Assembly (NCBI GenBank): GCA_964275995.1
Contig: CAXYEG010000027.1
Location: 4,560-68,559 of the forward strand
From: an uncultured Flavobacteriaceae bacterium
Lineage (GTDB): Bacteria > Bacteroidota > Bacteroidia > Flavobacteriales > Flavobacteriaceae
Direction of reading: 5' to 3'
DNA: 64,000 nucleotides
Shown here: positions 8,776-20,224 of the stretch, piece after piece
Layout of the letters: each line of letters starts with the position of its first letter
Numbering within the stretch: position 1 is the stretch's first letter
The notes under the pieces: generated by a model
The model's database searches: none
Told to the model about the DNA's origin: nothing
The model's input: only the letters and a program-made list of their open reading frames with translations
Program-made: the position numbers and the translations under genes

Positions 8776-9145
8776 TCATAGTTTTGTAATCCTTAGCAGA
8801 CATTAGATTGTCAATTTCAGATGAATCACTGATTTTAACCTTAATCATCCAGCCCTCTCCATACGGGTCGTCATTGACTTTTTCTGGTTCGCTCTCCAGT
8901 AACTCGTTAAATTCTATAATTTCACCTGTTAATGGTAGAAACAGATCAGAAACGGTCTTTACAGCTTCTACAGAACCAAAAACTTCTTCAGCATCGAATT
9001 TCTCGCCAACAGTATCCACTTCAACGTAAACTATATCACCTAGTTCACCTTGAGCGAAATTTGTAATTCCAATAGTTGCTATATCGTTTTCAATTAGTAC
9101 CCATTCGTGATCCTTAGTGTATTTTAAATTTAAAGGTGTGCTCAT
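8765..9145 (-). CDS. gcvH: glycine cleavage system protein H
   Basis: 126 aa. YTKDHEWV, ITNFAQGELGDIVYVE and the lipoyl-lysine motif VEAVKTVSD. Confidence 0.95.
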   Translation of the reverse strand: MSTPLNLKYTKDHEWVLIENDIATIGITNFAQGELGDIVYVEVDTVGEKFDAEEVFGSVEAVKTVSDLFLPLTGEIIEFNELLESEPEKVNDDPYGEGWMIKVKISDSSEIDNLMSAKDYKTMIGE

Positions 9146-9162
9146 TTATTGTTTTATTAAAA

Positions 9163-12100
9163 TTAATTACCAAAATTATATCTCATAGTAAATCCAGATC
9201 TTATAGTTGTCTGAGGGAACGCAGTAGATATTGCATATTCTGAAAAAGAATAATCAAAATAAAATATACCTGTTAAGTTCCTACTAAAATCATAGTCTGC
9301 AGAATATTTAAAATTCCATATTGTTTGACCTGAAGTTACTTGATTATTATCTAAATCCAAATATCTAATAATTGTTTTATTATTCCTAACAGAAAGGTCT
9401 AATTTCATGTTTAAGTCACTTTTTATTATTTGACTAGCACCAGCTAAACTTGACCTTATTCTCAAGTCTTTAACTCTATAACCAAAACCAAACACATACT
9501 CATTACCTTGAATTTCAGTTAACAAATTATTATCAAAGCTTAAGGATAATAATCTGTCTTTTTTAACTTCAGCCAATATCTTTACAGAATTCTTCATTTC
9601 AAAATCTAATTTAAACAAAGGGCTAAATTGTTCCATTAAGTTTATATTACTGTATAAAAATTCATTTTTATAATTATTAGACTGATCCAAAACATTTGGG
9701 TTTTGTGAACTAAACTCTAAGTCAGGGTTCCCAGCATTAAAGTCCAAATTAGATCTAAACTGATTAATTGTATACATCGCATTATACCCATGAGAAATTG
9801 ATAATCTCTTAAAGTTCTTTTTGAACCATTTTAATTTCATAAGTCCCGTATATTTTAAAGACCAGTTTGGAATAGGAACATTTCTAAATGCACTCATACT
9901 AGTTGTAGACGGATCATTACCTGTATAGGCAGACAAAAAGGCTGGAAGTAGAACAGACTGATTAGTTTTCCCATATCCTAAAGGGAAACCGCTTAAATCA
10001 CCGTTTTCAAAATTATTTGGGTTAGCAAAATCAATTCCAGCATCTAGGGCTAGTCTTCTCGCTATTACTAATCTGTTTTCTCTAAACGTATCAAAGGTTT
10101 CAGAGCTATTTTCGTCACTGTTAGAAAATGCTGTTTTGATTAAAACAGTTGAGATATTAAAGTTCCCTAATGTATTTTGAATTAAAGGATTATAATCATC
10201 ACTTAAACCATCACCATCCAAATCTATTGTGTTAAAATTCTCGGTTAAGTTCTCCGAATAAGTTCTTCCTGCTGTTAAATCTATTTTTAAATCTCTTATT
10301 GGGGTTAGGTTAGCAGAGAATGTTAAATTCTTATTAGTAACCTCAGTATATTGCTGATTAAATTCAGGAAACACTGTAAGCCATCCATTCCTTGCTGCTA
10401 AATATCTAATATCTCTTTGACTACCAAAAACATATCCTAAGGATGGTCTAAAAGAACCTATAAAATCTGGTGTTTGCAAATATCCTGGTAAAAATGAGCC
10501 ATTGTTTTCTGAATAGTTGATTTGAATTCTTTTTACACTAGTTAAAAGGTCAATTACCGTCTTTTTAAAACTAAACTTATTGTTAGTAGGTGTGCTTCGC
10601 TGCGTACCAAAAGATTGTTTATCACTGGACCTATTGTTATTTTTAACTAAGCCTATATATCTGTAAAACTTAGTCATATCAAATGAACTATTTATATTAT
10701 GAGTATTAGCATTTGAAATAGTATTTCCTAAGTCATAGGTCTCTCCGTTGAGAGTTAAATTTCCAAATAAATCAGATCCCTTTTGCCATTGAAAATCACC
10801 TGTGTAAGAGTAAGATGTTTTTAGAAAGCTAAATGTTGGTATTTTATTTAACGGAAGCTCGTAATTGATTGCAAATTGTTGAGATTGTCTATTTGGATCT
10901 CCAATATCAAAAAATCTATCGAAAACATCAAGTGTTGAATCTTGAGCTCCATTTATATTATCATCTAGAAAATAATTTTTGACAATATTATTATTTGAGG
11001 CATTATAACTAAAATTTAAGCCATCACTTATTACATAATTAAAATTATATTGTAAATCAAAATTATAATTTCTTCTAAAGAGCTCATTGACCGAAATATT
11101 GTCTCCTGTCAATTCTGATTCTCTAAATTTTTGTTTATTAAACTGTCTAATAAAATCTGTATTTATAGAAATATTTGTTGGCAATAGATTAAAATTAATG
11201 TCTTTTAATATTTTAAAATATTTGCCAGTAAATAAGGAATCATTTTTCTTAAATGGTTCAAGTTTAATAGAATTAAAGTTGAAATTATAAGCTGCCCCTG
11301 CTCTAACATTTTGATCTAAAAGATCTTCTATTTCATAATCTCTATGCTCAATCTGATTAAATGAATAATTCAATGTTAAATTTTCAATATCATAAAATTT
11401 TGGGTTTCCTTCTCCACTACGTTGTTTATTTACTCCAATAAAATTAATACTCTTTCTCTTTGTATAATCTTCAGATTGTTCTAGAATTTTATCTTTTTCA
11501 ATAGTATTTTCTGCTGAATTCAATCTAGTTTGAAGTTTAATATCTTTGTATTGTTGATCATACTCAGGAGTAATTAGCTCCTCGCTTAGTCCAAAGTTAA
11601 AAGGAATTGTAACTCCCCATTTTTCAGGAAGCAATTGACCTACATTAATATTTGACACTAAATCATATTGCCTTACATCTTCTATATCTCTTTCATTAGG
11701 ACCTTGTTCTATACTTCCAAATCCGCTTGTGCTCTGCCTTCCTGTAGCGCTTAAACTCATGAAGTCTGCAATGTTTGTGTCTATGGTAACTGTTGCTGCC
11801 CAGCCTCCTTCGTTATCCATATCAGACAATCTAAGTTCATTAAACCAGACTGTCCCACATACATCCATATTGTCTTGTCTTGGGTTTTTAACCCCAACCA
11901 TCAAAGTTCTAATATCTCCAAAATTAGGATTACCCTTAATAGATACCCTATGCTGTCCAAGTTGAAATGGTGAAAACTCATCAACTGGATCTACAATTAA
12001 ATCATCTCCAAAAACATCATAAAAAATAGGATCTTCATTCGCTAAAGTTCCATTAGTTATACCCAATGACTTGATTGACTCAAGTACATCCATAGGTAAG

Positions 12101-15100
12101 TTAATTTCGTTTATTTCAGGCCAAATAGACTGAGGATCTAATGTGTTGGTTGATGATCGCTGAAGTGGAACCTCAATTTGATAGTAATTTTGAGTTAAAT
12201 CATTTCCCATCCTTATAAAACCAACAATATCTCCGTCAGAAAGCCCTGGAGTTGATCCTTCCTCAGCATGCAAGAACATTCTAATCCTTTTGTACTGCCT
12301 CATATCTACATTAATATTCTTGTAAACTGCTCTTGAGTCCTCAGTTTCCAAAGCACAAACATCTAACACTAAAGACTGCTCATTTTGTCTTACAATTGTA
12401 TTATTGTTATTAAATTGCTCCCTCTCAACCCCGGGAGGAGAAACATAACTTTCTTCATTTTCTTGAATACCAATAACCCCAACATTTAAACTTGTAATAT
12501 CATTATCATTGTTAACCTCTTCATCCAGGGATAGTTGGTATTTTCTCCAATCACTTCTTACTAGCTCAAGGGTACCAAATCTAAATGTAGTATTTTCAGA
12601 AAATTCATTTAAATACATTCTTATAAAACGAATAGATCTAAAGTCAGAAATACCTCCAATTGTATTTGTAGGCTCATTGACAGGTACCCTAAATTGATAC
12701 CACTTTATAGTTTCTGTAGTTCCGTTAGGAAGCGATACAGTTTTCTCTTTTCTGTCTTTAATAAACTGATTATTTATGTCCGATAATGAATTGGGAGTAA
12801 TATTAATTTCATACTCAAAATAACTATCAATAGTATTCATTGTATTATCTCTATTAATATCTTCTGCATCTGGTTGAGTTGTTGAACCTCTATTGGTGTT
12901 TGTAAAAATTTCAGGAGAGTTACCGTCTAACCCATTATATTGTTTGTACCTATTTAAAATATCTCCTTCAGCATTTAAGAAATAATTATAATTATCGTTG
13001 GACGGATCTTCTAAAGTTGCATAAGATGGAAACTTAATGATTTCTTCTTGATCATCATAACCATCTAGACCTACATCTTGATTTACTCTCTCTTCTCCCA
13101 AAGTAGAAAATGCATAAATTAGAGATTGATTTTGAGGAACTATTGATCCCCATGTTGTTTCATTTAATAAGCTTATATCTCCATCCTCAGGCAAACCATT
13201 TTCGTATTGCTTTCTACCGTCTTTTAAAATATCTTCAGAGATATTACCTAAATTAAAAGTCAATTTACCACCTGAATTTTCAGGGTTATTTATAAAAGGG
13301 TCTTGTAACCAAAACTCTATATATTCAACATTAGATTGCTCAAAATCGGTAGTGGTAATTTGTCTTGTTATTCCAGCCCAACTATCAGAAGGGTTTGTTA
13401 AACTGTTTTCTGCGTTTTCAGGATTCATATTATACGGCCCCCTTACATCAGGGTAATAATTTAAATCTAAAGAATTAATAACTGAAATTTGTCCTTGCAC
13501 AATATCTATTTGTGGGAAAATTTCATCAATAAAAATTCTTCTTGTGTATGGATTAGAAATATCATCATCATTAATCTCAGCAGGTCTAATACTACTATAA
13601 AAAACTGGGTCAATAGAATACCAATTTAACAAAGCTCTATCGTATCCATTCTGAATTCCATTAGTATCTTCACCTCCATTATTATAAAATAAACCAAGAT
13701 TTTTAGGTCTACTTGACAATGACCATCCTTGAGGACTCATTAAATCTATAATATTTTGAGTTCCTTCAAAATCATCCACGTAAGAAGTTACCTCGCCTTG
13801 GAAGTCAGTTCCCTTTGGCGCTCCAGGAACAAGATAAGCAACCTCACCTCTTAAGGATAAATTAGATACAACTTCTGTTTCAATAGTTGGAAGTTTATTA
13901 ATTAATCTAGTTAATAAAGGAAGTTCCGTTTCAAAGTTACCGTTAAATCCAAATATTGTATTATTAATAGGCTCTGTTCCGTAATTTGCTTTTTGAGTAA
14001 CAGGTCTTTCATTTAAATTTAGAAAAGTACCGCCCAATAAGAATTTCTCACTGAACTGATGCTCAACATTAAAGCCAGTAAATCGTTTTGTTTGTTGCCC
14101 AAAAGTTGCATTATTTTCTACACTTACATTTATGGGAGTTCCAGAAGATTGAAGAGCAGGATCTAAAATTTGAACGGTACCTGCTTGGTAGTTTACAGTA
14201 TAATCAACTCCTTCAGTTAACACTCTTCCTCCAGCCGTTACATTTACAGATCCTCTGGGAACATTAAACGCTCCGATTGGTATTCCAGAGCCAGTAGAGG
14301 ATTTATACTTTCCTGTAATTTGAAATTTATTCTTCTCTGAATCTTGTAGTGCAATAGTTTTTGAGGACTTATAAAGAGTAGAATAAACGTATTTTTTTTG
14401 ATTTAAGTTATAGTCATCCGTAAGATCTTCGTTGCCATCATAGTTTTCATTTGAATTTAACCTAAGTTTTTCAAATAGAAACTCTCCAAAGGGTTCAACT
14501 TTTGTAAATATAATTTTACCATTATTTTGAAGAACAGTTATTCCAGGGACATAGTCAAAGAATCCATCTCCACTAAACTGAGGGTCATTATTAGAGTTTA
14601 GTCGATCAAAGTTAAATAGATTTAAAAGGGGTGTTTCACTGATATTTAAATTATTTGCATTAGTAGTTGGAAAAGGAACTCCATCTACTGGTGTTATATA
14701 ATTTAAGGGTGAAGATTCATTATAAAAAATATTTAGTTTAAACCCATCTTCTTCTAATTGGAAAGAGCCTGTATTGTATATGTTTTTCATCATCAATTTC
14801 CACATTGGAGCTTCAACACTACTTACTGTACTCTTTAATAATTTTACAATTAGATTATTATTATTAACAACAGGATTTGTATTATCATTATTATTGGATA
14901 TTTCAGTTGCTTGAACACCATCATTGGCAAATTCACCAACTTGATAAACTTGATCTCCGATGGTATACTGAAAAGCAACAGCTAGTATTTCATCATTATC
15001 AAGTTTTTGGTTTAATGAAATATATCCAAGTTGTGAATTAACAGTGTAGTCAGAACCATTATTTAATTTTTTTGCGTTTTCCAATTTTCCATAATCGTAT

Positions 15101-16329
15101 CCTTCATTTACATTTGGCAGAAGAATACCAGATTGTATTGTGGCAATATCACGAACAGAATTGGTTAACTGTGAATTTGACTGCCCTATTACAAGTGGAT
15201 TAAATCCATTATTTCCATTATCAGGATTAGCATTTGGACCTACAAAAACATTAACATTTGAAGCCAAATTAGAGGACTCTCCTAAATCCTGAAATGCAAC
15301 AATGTTTCTAACATTTTCTATTGTATTATTTCTATTAGTGACCCAAACCTCTGTCCTAGTAATTTGAATATTTGAATTTATATAAGGGTAGTTTAACAAG
15401 GCTTGATCATATTTTTCCCTAAATGCATGACTTAGAAAAAAGTGTCTATTCTCATCATAATCTAAAGCTCTAAATTGAAATTCTTCAATTGTACCTCCAG
15501 CTTGAGCTACAACTGTTTTTGCCTCCGATTTTTGTTCAGAAAATACAGCAGTGACTCTAGTTTTACCAAACTGAAGTTCTGTTTTAAAACCAAACAAACT
15601 TTGGGCGCCAGTAATTAAGGAGCTATTAAGTGGCATACTTACATTTCCTACTTCGATTTTTTTTATGATATCGTCTTCGGTTGGCTCGTATTGAATTTGC
15701 ATAAGATTTTGAAAATCAAATGTAGATTGAGTATCAAAATTTGCATTAACTTGAACTCTTGTGCCTACCTTTCCAAGTAAACTTAATCCAATTCTTTGAT
15801 CAAAATCAAAAGAAAAATTACTTCTATTTCTTGGCGAAAATGAAGGGTTATCCTGCTTAGTATATAATACTCCTAGATCTATTTCTAAAGAACCTTGTGG
15901 AACAACTTCTATAGTATTTCCTCCAAAAATCGATTCAAATAATTTGGAGTTGACATAAATTTCTGGGATCAAATTTTTTTGTAAATCTTCTGAGCCATCT
16001 AATCTACCTTCAGCTGCCTTTATTTTATCCTTATAATATTTTTTTAAATTTTCATTTAAGATTAATTCTTCGTATTCATTTGGAGATAAAATGACAGGGT
16101 AATTTATATTAAAATCACCAACAGATTGGTTAAAAAAATACCTATCACTAATAGGGTCATAAGTGTAATTTTCTTCTATACTAGTAGGATTTTCTAATTC
16201 TATACTAGTGGTAGAAAACTCTTCAGAGATTTGATTTTGAGAAAAAGCAGAAGAGATTGAAAAGGATATAATTATACCAAATAAGAGTATATTGAATTCA
16301 CTAAATACTATATTTTTAAATTTATTCAA
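9163..16329 (-). CDS. sprA: SprA, type IX secretion system translocon / gliding motility outer membrane protein
   Basis: Single 2388-aa ORF with an N-terminal signal-like segment and Asn/Thr/Gly/aromatic-rich beta-barrel composition. Its size and sequence character match flavobacterial SprA as I recall it. Confidence 0.8.
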   Translation of the reverse strand: MNKFKNIVFSEFNILLFGIIISFSISSAFSQNQISEEFSTTSIELENPTSIEENYTYDPISDRYFFNQSVGDFNINYPVILSPNEYEELILNENLKKYYKDKIKAAEGRLDGSEDLQKNLIPEIYVNSKLFESIFGGNTIEVVPQGSLEIDLGVLYTKQDNPSFSPRNRSNFSFDFDQRIGLSLLGKVGTRVQVNANFDTQSTFDFQNLMQIQYEPTEDDIIKKIEVGNVSMPLNSSLITGAQSLFGFKTELQFGKTRVTAVFSEQKSEAKTVVAQAGGTIEEFQFRALDYDENRHFFLSHAFREKYDQALLNYPYINSNIQITRTEVWVTNRNNTIENVRNIVAFQDLGESSNLASNVNVFVGPNANPDNGNNGFNPLVIGQSNSQLTNSVRDIATIQSGILLPNVNEGYDYGKLENAKKLNNGSDYTVNSQLGYISLNQKLDNDEILAVAFQYTIGDQVYQVGEFANDGVQATEISNNNDNTNPVVNNNNLIVKLLKSTVSSVEAPMWKLMMKNIYNTGSFQLEEDGFKLNIFYNESSPLNYITPVDGVPFPTTNANNLNISETPLLNLFNFDRLNSNNDPQFSGDGFFDYVPGITVLQNNGKIIFTKVEPFGEFLFEKLRLNSNENYDGNEDLTDDYNLNQKKYVYSTLYKSSKTIALQDSEKNKFQITGKYKSSTGSGIPIGAFNVPRGSVNVTAGGRVLTEGVDYTVNYQAGTVQILDPALQSSGTPINVSVENNATFGQQTKRFTGFNVEHQFSEKFLLGGTFLNLNERPVTQKANYGTEPINNTIFGFNGNFETELPLLTRLINKLPTIETEVVSNLSLRGEVAYLVPGAPKGTDFQGEVTSYVDDFEGTQNIIDLMSPQGWSLSSRPKNLGLFYNNGGEDTNGIQNGYDRALLNWYSIDPVFYSSIRPAEINDDDISNPYTRRIFIDEIFPQIDIVQGQISVINSLDLNYYPDVRGPYNMNPENAENSLTNPSDSWAGITRQITTTDFEQSNVEYIEFWLQDPFINNPENSGGKLTFNLGNISEDILKDGRKQYENGLPEDGDISLLNETTWGSIVPQNQSLIYAFSTLGEERVNQDVGLDGYDDQEEIIKFPSYATLEDPSNDNYNYFLNAEGDILNRYKQYNGLDGNSPEIFTNTNRGSTTQPDAEDINRDNTMNTIDSYFEYEINITPNSLSDINNQFIKDRKEKTVSLPNGTTETIKWYQFRVPVNEPTNTIGGISDFRSIRFIRMYLNEFSENTTFRFGTLELVRSDWRKYQLSLDEEVNNDNDITSLNVGVIGIQENEESYVSPPGVEREQFNNNNTIVRQNEQSLVLDVCALETEDSRAVYKNINVDMRQYKRIRMFLHAEEGSTPGLSDGDIVGFIRMGNDLTQNYYQIEVPLQRSSTNTLDPQSIWPEINEINLPMDVLESIKSLGITNGTLANEDPIFYDVFGDDLIVDPVDEFSPFQLGQHRVSIKGNPNFGDIRTLMVGVKNPRQDNMDVCGTVWFNELRLSDMDNEGGWAATVTIDTNIADFMSLSATGRQSTSGFGSIEQGPNERDIEDVRQYDLVSNINVGQLLPEKWGVTIPFNFGLSEELITPEYDQQYKDIKLQTRLNSAENTIEKDKILEQSEDYTKRKSINFIGVNKQRSGEGNPKFYDIENLTLNYSFNQIEHRDYEIEDLLDQNVRAGAAYNFNFNSIKLEPFKKNDSLFTGKYFKILKDINFNLLPTNISINTDFIRQFNKQKFRESELTGDNISVNELFRRNYNFDLQYNFNYVISDGLNFSYNASNNNIVKNYFLDDNINGAQDSTLDVFDRFFDIGDPNRQSQQFAINYELPLNKIPTFSFLKTSYSYTGDFQWQKGSDLFGNLTLNGETYDLGNTISNANTHNINSSFDMTKFYRYIGLVKNNNRSSDKQSFGTQRSTPTNNKFSFKKTVIDLLTSVKRIQINYSENNGSFLPGYLQTPDFIGSFRPSLGYVFGSQRDIRYLAARNGWLTVFPEFNQQYTEVTNKNLTFSANLTPIRDLKIDLTAGRTYSENLTENFNTIDLDGDGLSDDYNPLIQNTLGNFNISTVLIKTAFSNSDENSSETFDTFRENRLVIARRLALDAGIDFANPNNFENGDLSGFPLGYGKTNQSVLLPAFLSAYTGNDPSTTSMSAFRNVPIPNWSLKYTGLMKLKWFKKNFKRLSISHGYNAMYTINQFRSNLDFNAGNPDLEFSSQNPNVLDQSNNYKNEFLYSNINLMEQFSPLFKLDFEMKNSVKILAEVKKDRLLSLSFDNNLLTEIQGNEYVFGFGYRVKDLRIRSSLAGASQIIKSDLNMKLDLSVRNNKTIIRYLDLDNNQVTSGQTIWNFKYSADYDFSRNLTGIFYFDYSFSEYAISTAFPQTTIRSGFTMRYNFGN

Positions 16330-16335
16330 ACTAAA

Positions 16336-16920
16336 TTATAAGTTTTTCAAAGCTTCTTTTATTATGAGTTCAACAGAAGCATCTGCATTATCTAATATGA
16401 TTTTATCAACTAATTTTTCAGAAGTTTTTTTGTTAATTCCAAGCACTTCTAGTGCAGATAACGCTTCTTCTTTAGCTGTATTGTTATTTTGGAAAGAAAT
16501 TTTATCATCAATATCGTATATTTTTAAGACTTTATCTTTAAGCTCAATTATAACTCTTTGAGATGTTTTAAGGCCTATGCCTTTGACAGATTGAATCATT
16601 GCAGAATCTCCAATTGAAATTCCTTGAATTATTTGTTCAGGGGAAAGAGAAGACAACATTGTTCTGGCTATACTCGCTCCAATTCCGCTTACGGAAATCA
16701 ATAATCTAAAAATTTCTCTCTCTTTTATAGAGTAAAAACCAAACAACGTATGAGAATCTTCTTTGATTTGAAGGTGCGTGTATAATTTTAAATTTTCCTG
16801 GTCAGGAATTGCAGAAAATGTGTTTAAAGAAATATTAATTAAATAACCTATCCCATTTACATCAATGATAACGCTTGTCGGTGACTTTTCAACTAATTTT
16901 CCTTTTATGTGAGTTATCAT
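16336..16920 (-). CDS. ruvA: Holliday junction branch migration protein RuvA
   Basis: 194 aa. MITHIKGKL...V..GIGY... and helix-hairpin-helix motifs (VSGIGASIA, VKGIGLKTSQR). Confidence 0.95.
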   Translation of the reverse strand: MITHIKGKLVEKSPTSVIIDVNGIGYLINISLNTFSAIPDQENLKLYTHLQIKEDSHTLFGFYSIKEREIFRLLISVSGIGASIARTMLSSLSPEQIIQGISIGDSAMIQSVKGIGLKTSQRVIIELKDKVLKIYDIDDKISFQNNNTAKEEALSALEVLGINKKTSEKLVDKIILDNADASVELIIKEALKNL

Positions 16921-16949
16921 AGCTTATCCTTTTATCAAATTTAGTTAAT

Positions 16950-19223
16950 TTATTTTCTTGATTCTTTCATTTGAGCATCAATTACTGCTATTGCAGTCAT
17001 ATTAATAATTTCATCTACTGAAGCGTCCAATTGTAAAATATGAACAGGTTTTTTTAGTCCCATCATTATAGGACCAATATTATCTGCTTTATTTAACTCT
17101 TTTAAAAGCTTATAAGTAATGTTGGCTGAATCTAAATTTGGAAATATTAATGTATTTACCTTTTTTGAAGATAATTTTGAAAAAGGAAAAATATCATTTC
17201 TCATTTCGTTATTTAATGCAAAATCTGTTTGAAGTTCTCCATCTACAATTAAATCAGGTGAGGATCTATGTAAATACTTAACAGCGTTTCTAACTTTAGT
17301 CGCAGAAATATCTTTAGAGGATCCGAAATTAGAATAAGAGGTCATTGCAATAACAGGTTCAATACCAAACATTTTAACTGTTGCTGCAGTCATTTGAGCA
17401 ATTTTTGCTAAATCAGATGCACTAGGGTCAATATTTATGGAAGTATCGCTAAGAAATAATGGGCCCCTTTCAGTTATTAATAAATTTGTAGTAGCAATTC
17501 TAGTAGCGCCCTCATCTAAACCTATTAATTTTAAAATAGGTTTTACAACATTAGGGTAGCTTTTTGAATAACCTGTGATTAAAGCATCTGCATCACCAGC
17601 ATTAACCATCATAGCTCCAAAATAATTTCTCTCTCGCATTAATTTTTTGGATGCTAAAAGTGTTAACCCTTTTCTTTCTTCTTTTTTCCAATAAATAGAT
17701 GCATATTCATTGATCATTTCTTGATTGTTTTCTTTTGGATCTACAATCTTAATAGGATCATCAAAATCTAATTCTTCCATTAGCATCTTTATAGTTTCCT
17801 TTCTTCCTAACAAAATTGGAATTGCAATTCCTTCATCGTAAACAAATTGAGCAGCTTTTAAAACTGTTAGTTGATCAGCTTCTGCAAAAACCACTCTTTT
17901 AGGGTTTCTTTTAGCTCTACCATGCATCAATCTTACCAACTTATTATCTCCTCCAGATCTTTCAATAAGTTCATCAATATATTTAGGCCAATTTTTAATT
18001 GGAAATTGAGCTACCCCGCTATCCATAGCAGCTTTAGCAACAGCTGGAGGGACAACTGAAATTAATCTTGGATCAAATGGTTTTGGAATGATATAATCTT
18101 TACCAAAGGTTAACCTTGTTTGATCATAAGCAACATTTACTTGCTCAGGAACAGCCTCCTTGGCTAAACCAGCAAGTGCTATAACAGCTGCTTTTTTCAT
18201 CTCCTCATTTATAGTAGTTGCTCTAACATCTAACGCGCCTCTAAAAATAAATGGGAAACCTAATACATTGTTTACTTGATTTGGATTATCACTTCTTCCT
18301 GTAGCCATTATTACATCATCTCTAGTGCTTATAGCTAGCTTATAATTAATTTCTGGATCTGGGTTTGCCATGGCAAAAACTATAGGATTTTCGGCCATTT
18401 TATTTAACATCTTAGGAGTTAATATATCCGAAGTTGAAAGCCCTATAAAAACATCTGAATCTATAATCGCTTGATCGAGTGTAGTGATATTTTTTGAAGT
18501 TGCAAATTCAGATTTGCTCTTATTTAGTTTTTTTCTTTTAGTATTAATAACTCCTTTACTGTCAAGCATTACAATGTTATCATTGTTAAGTCCAAAAGAC
18601 TTATAGAGCTTGGCACATGAAATAGCTGCAGCACCAGCTCCACTGATAACCACTTTAACCTCTTCTATTTTTTTATCTGCAATTTCTAAGGCATTAATTA
18701 ATGCAGCTGCAGAAATAATTGCTGTCCCATGTTGATCATCATGCATCACCGGAATATTAAGCTCCTCCTTTAATCTTCTTTCAATTTCAAAAGCCTCAGG
18801 GGCTTTTATATCTTCTAAATTAATTCCTCCAAAAGTTGGGGCAATGTTTTTTACAGTATTAATAAATTCATCAATGTTTTCTGTATCAACTTCAATATCA
18901 AAAACGTCAATGTCTGCAAAAATTTTAAAAAGTAAAGCCTTTCCTTCCATCACAGGTTTTGATGCTTCAGCACCAATATTTCCTAACCCTAAAACAGCTG
19001 TACCATTAGTGATAACAGCAACTAAATTTCCTTTTGAAGTATATTTATAGGAATTTGATTTATCATTTTCAATCTCTAAACATGGCTCAGCAACTCCAGG
19101 TGAATACGCTAAAGAAAGATCTCTTTGGGTAGCATATTTTTTTGTAGGTACTACTTTTATTTTTCCTGGACTAGGCTTAGAATGATAATCTAAAGCCTGT
19201 TTTCTTGTTGTTTTTCTTTTCAT
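16950..19223 (-). CDS. maeB: NADP-dependent malic enzyme (malic enzyme plus PTA-like domain)
   Basis: 757 aa. LSLAYSPGVAEPC and GTAVLGLGNIG, plus a C-terminal phosphotransacetylase-like half. Confidence 0.95.
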   Translation of the reverse strand: MKRKTTRKQALDYHSKPSPGKIKVVPTKKYATQRDLSLAYSPGVAEPCLEIENDKSNSYKYTSKGNLVAVITNGTAVLGLGNIGAEASKPVMEGKALLFKIFADIDVFDIEVDTENIDEFINTVKNIAPTFGGINLEDIKAPEAFEIERRLKEELNIPVMHDDQHGTAIISAAALINALEIADKKIEEVKVVISGAGAAAISCAKLYKSFGLNNDNIVMLDSKGVINTKRKKLNKSKSEFATSKNITTLDQAIIDSDVFIGLSTSDILTPKMLNKMAENPIVFAMANPDPEINYKLAISTRDDVIMATGRSDNPNQVNNVLGFPFIFRGALDVRATTINEEMKKAAVIALAGLAKEAVPEQVNVAYDQTRLTFGKDYIIPKPFDPRLISVVPPAVAKAAMDSGVAQFPIKNWPKYIDELIERSGGDNKLVRLMHGRAKRNPKRVVFAEADQLTVLKAAQFVYDEGIAIPILLGRKETIKMLMEELDFDDPIKIVDPKENNQEMINEYASIYWKKEERKGLTLLASKKLMRERNYFGAMMVNAGDADALITGYSKSYPNVVKPILKLIGLDEGATRIATTNLLITERGPLFLSDTSINIDPSASDLAKIAQMTAATVKMFGIEPVIAMTSYSNFGSSKDISATKVRNAVKYLHRSSPDLIVDGELQTDFALNNEMRNDIFPFSKLSSKKVNTLIFPNLDSANITYKLLKELNKADNIGPIMMGLKKPVHILQLDASVDEIINMTAIAVIDAQMKESRK

Positions 19224-19242
19224 TTTGATAATTGATGAATTA

Positions 19243-19250
19243 CAAATGTA
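19243..19250 (-). promoter_or_regulatory. Bacteroidota -7 promoter box TACATTTG
   Basis: Plus strand reads caaatgta, 19 nt upstream of the maeB ATG. Confidence 0.45.
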
Positions 19251-19283
19251 ATATCTTATAAGTAAAACAAAAACTTAAGTAGA

Positions 19284-20210
19284 CTAATGTTTTAAGAAAT
19301 TTATATTTCTTTTCAACCCTTTTAATTTTGTTCTTTTTACGGCTGATTTTGAAAATACTTTACTAAATGTTTCCTGAGTTATTTCATCCCAATTTTTTTT
19401 TGTCATAGATAATAAATCAGGGCTAGGGTTGAACAAAGGTTCATTATGAGCTTTAGAGAATTTATTCCACGGACAAACATCTTGACATATGTCACAGCCA
19501 AACATCCAGTTATCAAACATACCCTTCATAGAGTTGGGAATATTGTCCTTTAGTTCTATAGTGAAATATGAAATACATTTACTGCCATCGACAACATAAG
19601 GTTCAACTATTGCATCTGTTGGACATGCGTCTATACAAGCAGTGCAAGATCCACAATGGTCAGTTTCTGTATGGTCATTTACTAAATCTAAATCAATTAT
19701 TAGTTCAGTTATAAAATAAAAAGAACCAACTTTTTTTGTAATTAAGTTAGAGTTTTTACCAACCCATCCAAGACCACTCTTAGCGGCCCATGCTTTTTCT
19801 AAAATAGGTGCGGAATCAACAAATGCCCTGCCAGAAACATCACCAATATTTTCTCTTATATAATACAACAACTCATTTACCTTATCTTTTACAACAAAAT
19901 GATAATCGTTTCCATATGCGTACTTAGATATTTTTGGAGAATTTTCATTATTTAACTCCTCGCTTGGATAATAATTATATAATAAGGAAATAACACTTTT
20001 GGAGTCTAAGACTAACTTTGTAGTATCCAATCTTTTGTCAAAATGATTTTCCATATATTTCATTTCGCCGTGCATGTTTTTATTAAGCCATTTTTCTAAC
20101 CTAGGTGCTTCTTCCTCTAAAAACTGAGATTTACTTATACCACACGAAATAAAGCCAAGTCTCTTAGCTTCAGACTTAATCAATTCGGTATATTTTTGTT
20201 TTGTAGTCAA
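19284..20210 (-). CDS. queG: epoxyqueuosine reductase QueG
   Basis: 308 aa. 4Fe-4S motifs [13 protein letters not shown] and [11 protein letters not shown]. Confidence 0.9.
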   Translation of the reverse strand: MTTKQKYTELIKSEAKRLGFISCGISKSQFLEEEAPRLEKWLNKNMHGEMKYMENHFDKRLDTTKLVLDSKSVISLLYNYYPSEELNNENSPKISKYAYGNDYHFVVKDKVNELLYYIRENIGDVSGRAFVDSAPILEKAWAAKSGLGWVGKNSNLITKKVGSFYFITELIIDLDLVNDHTETDHCGSCTACIDACPTDAIVEPYVVDGSKCISYFTIELKDNIPNSMKGMFDNWMFGCDICQDVCPWNKFSKAHNEPLFNPSPDLLSMTKKNWDEITQETFSKVFSKSAVKRTKLKGLKRNINFLKH

Positions 20211-20224
20211 ATGTGTTTTTAAAA

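Noticed and set aside
9163-16329. Plus-strand ORFs inside sprA (11087..11290, 11729..11965, 12509..12697) and 16292..16561 overlapping the sprA/ruvA junction
   Set aside because: These are short antisense ORFs with low-complexity, Leu/Ser/Phe-rich translations, lying inside a long conserved CDS. That is the expected by-product of AT-rich coding sequence.
18611-18626. Sigma-54-like -24 element TGGCAC (an rpoN gene is present in the window)
   Set aside because: It lies inside maeB on the antisense strand. The sequence at the -12 position (atagc) does not match TTGCW, and no gene lies downstream.
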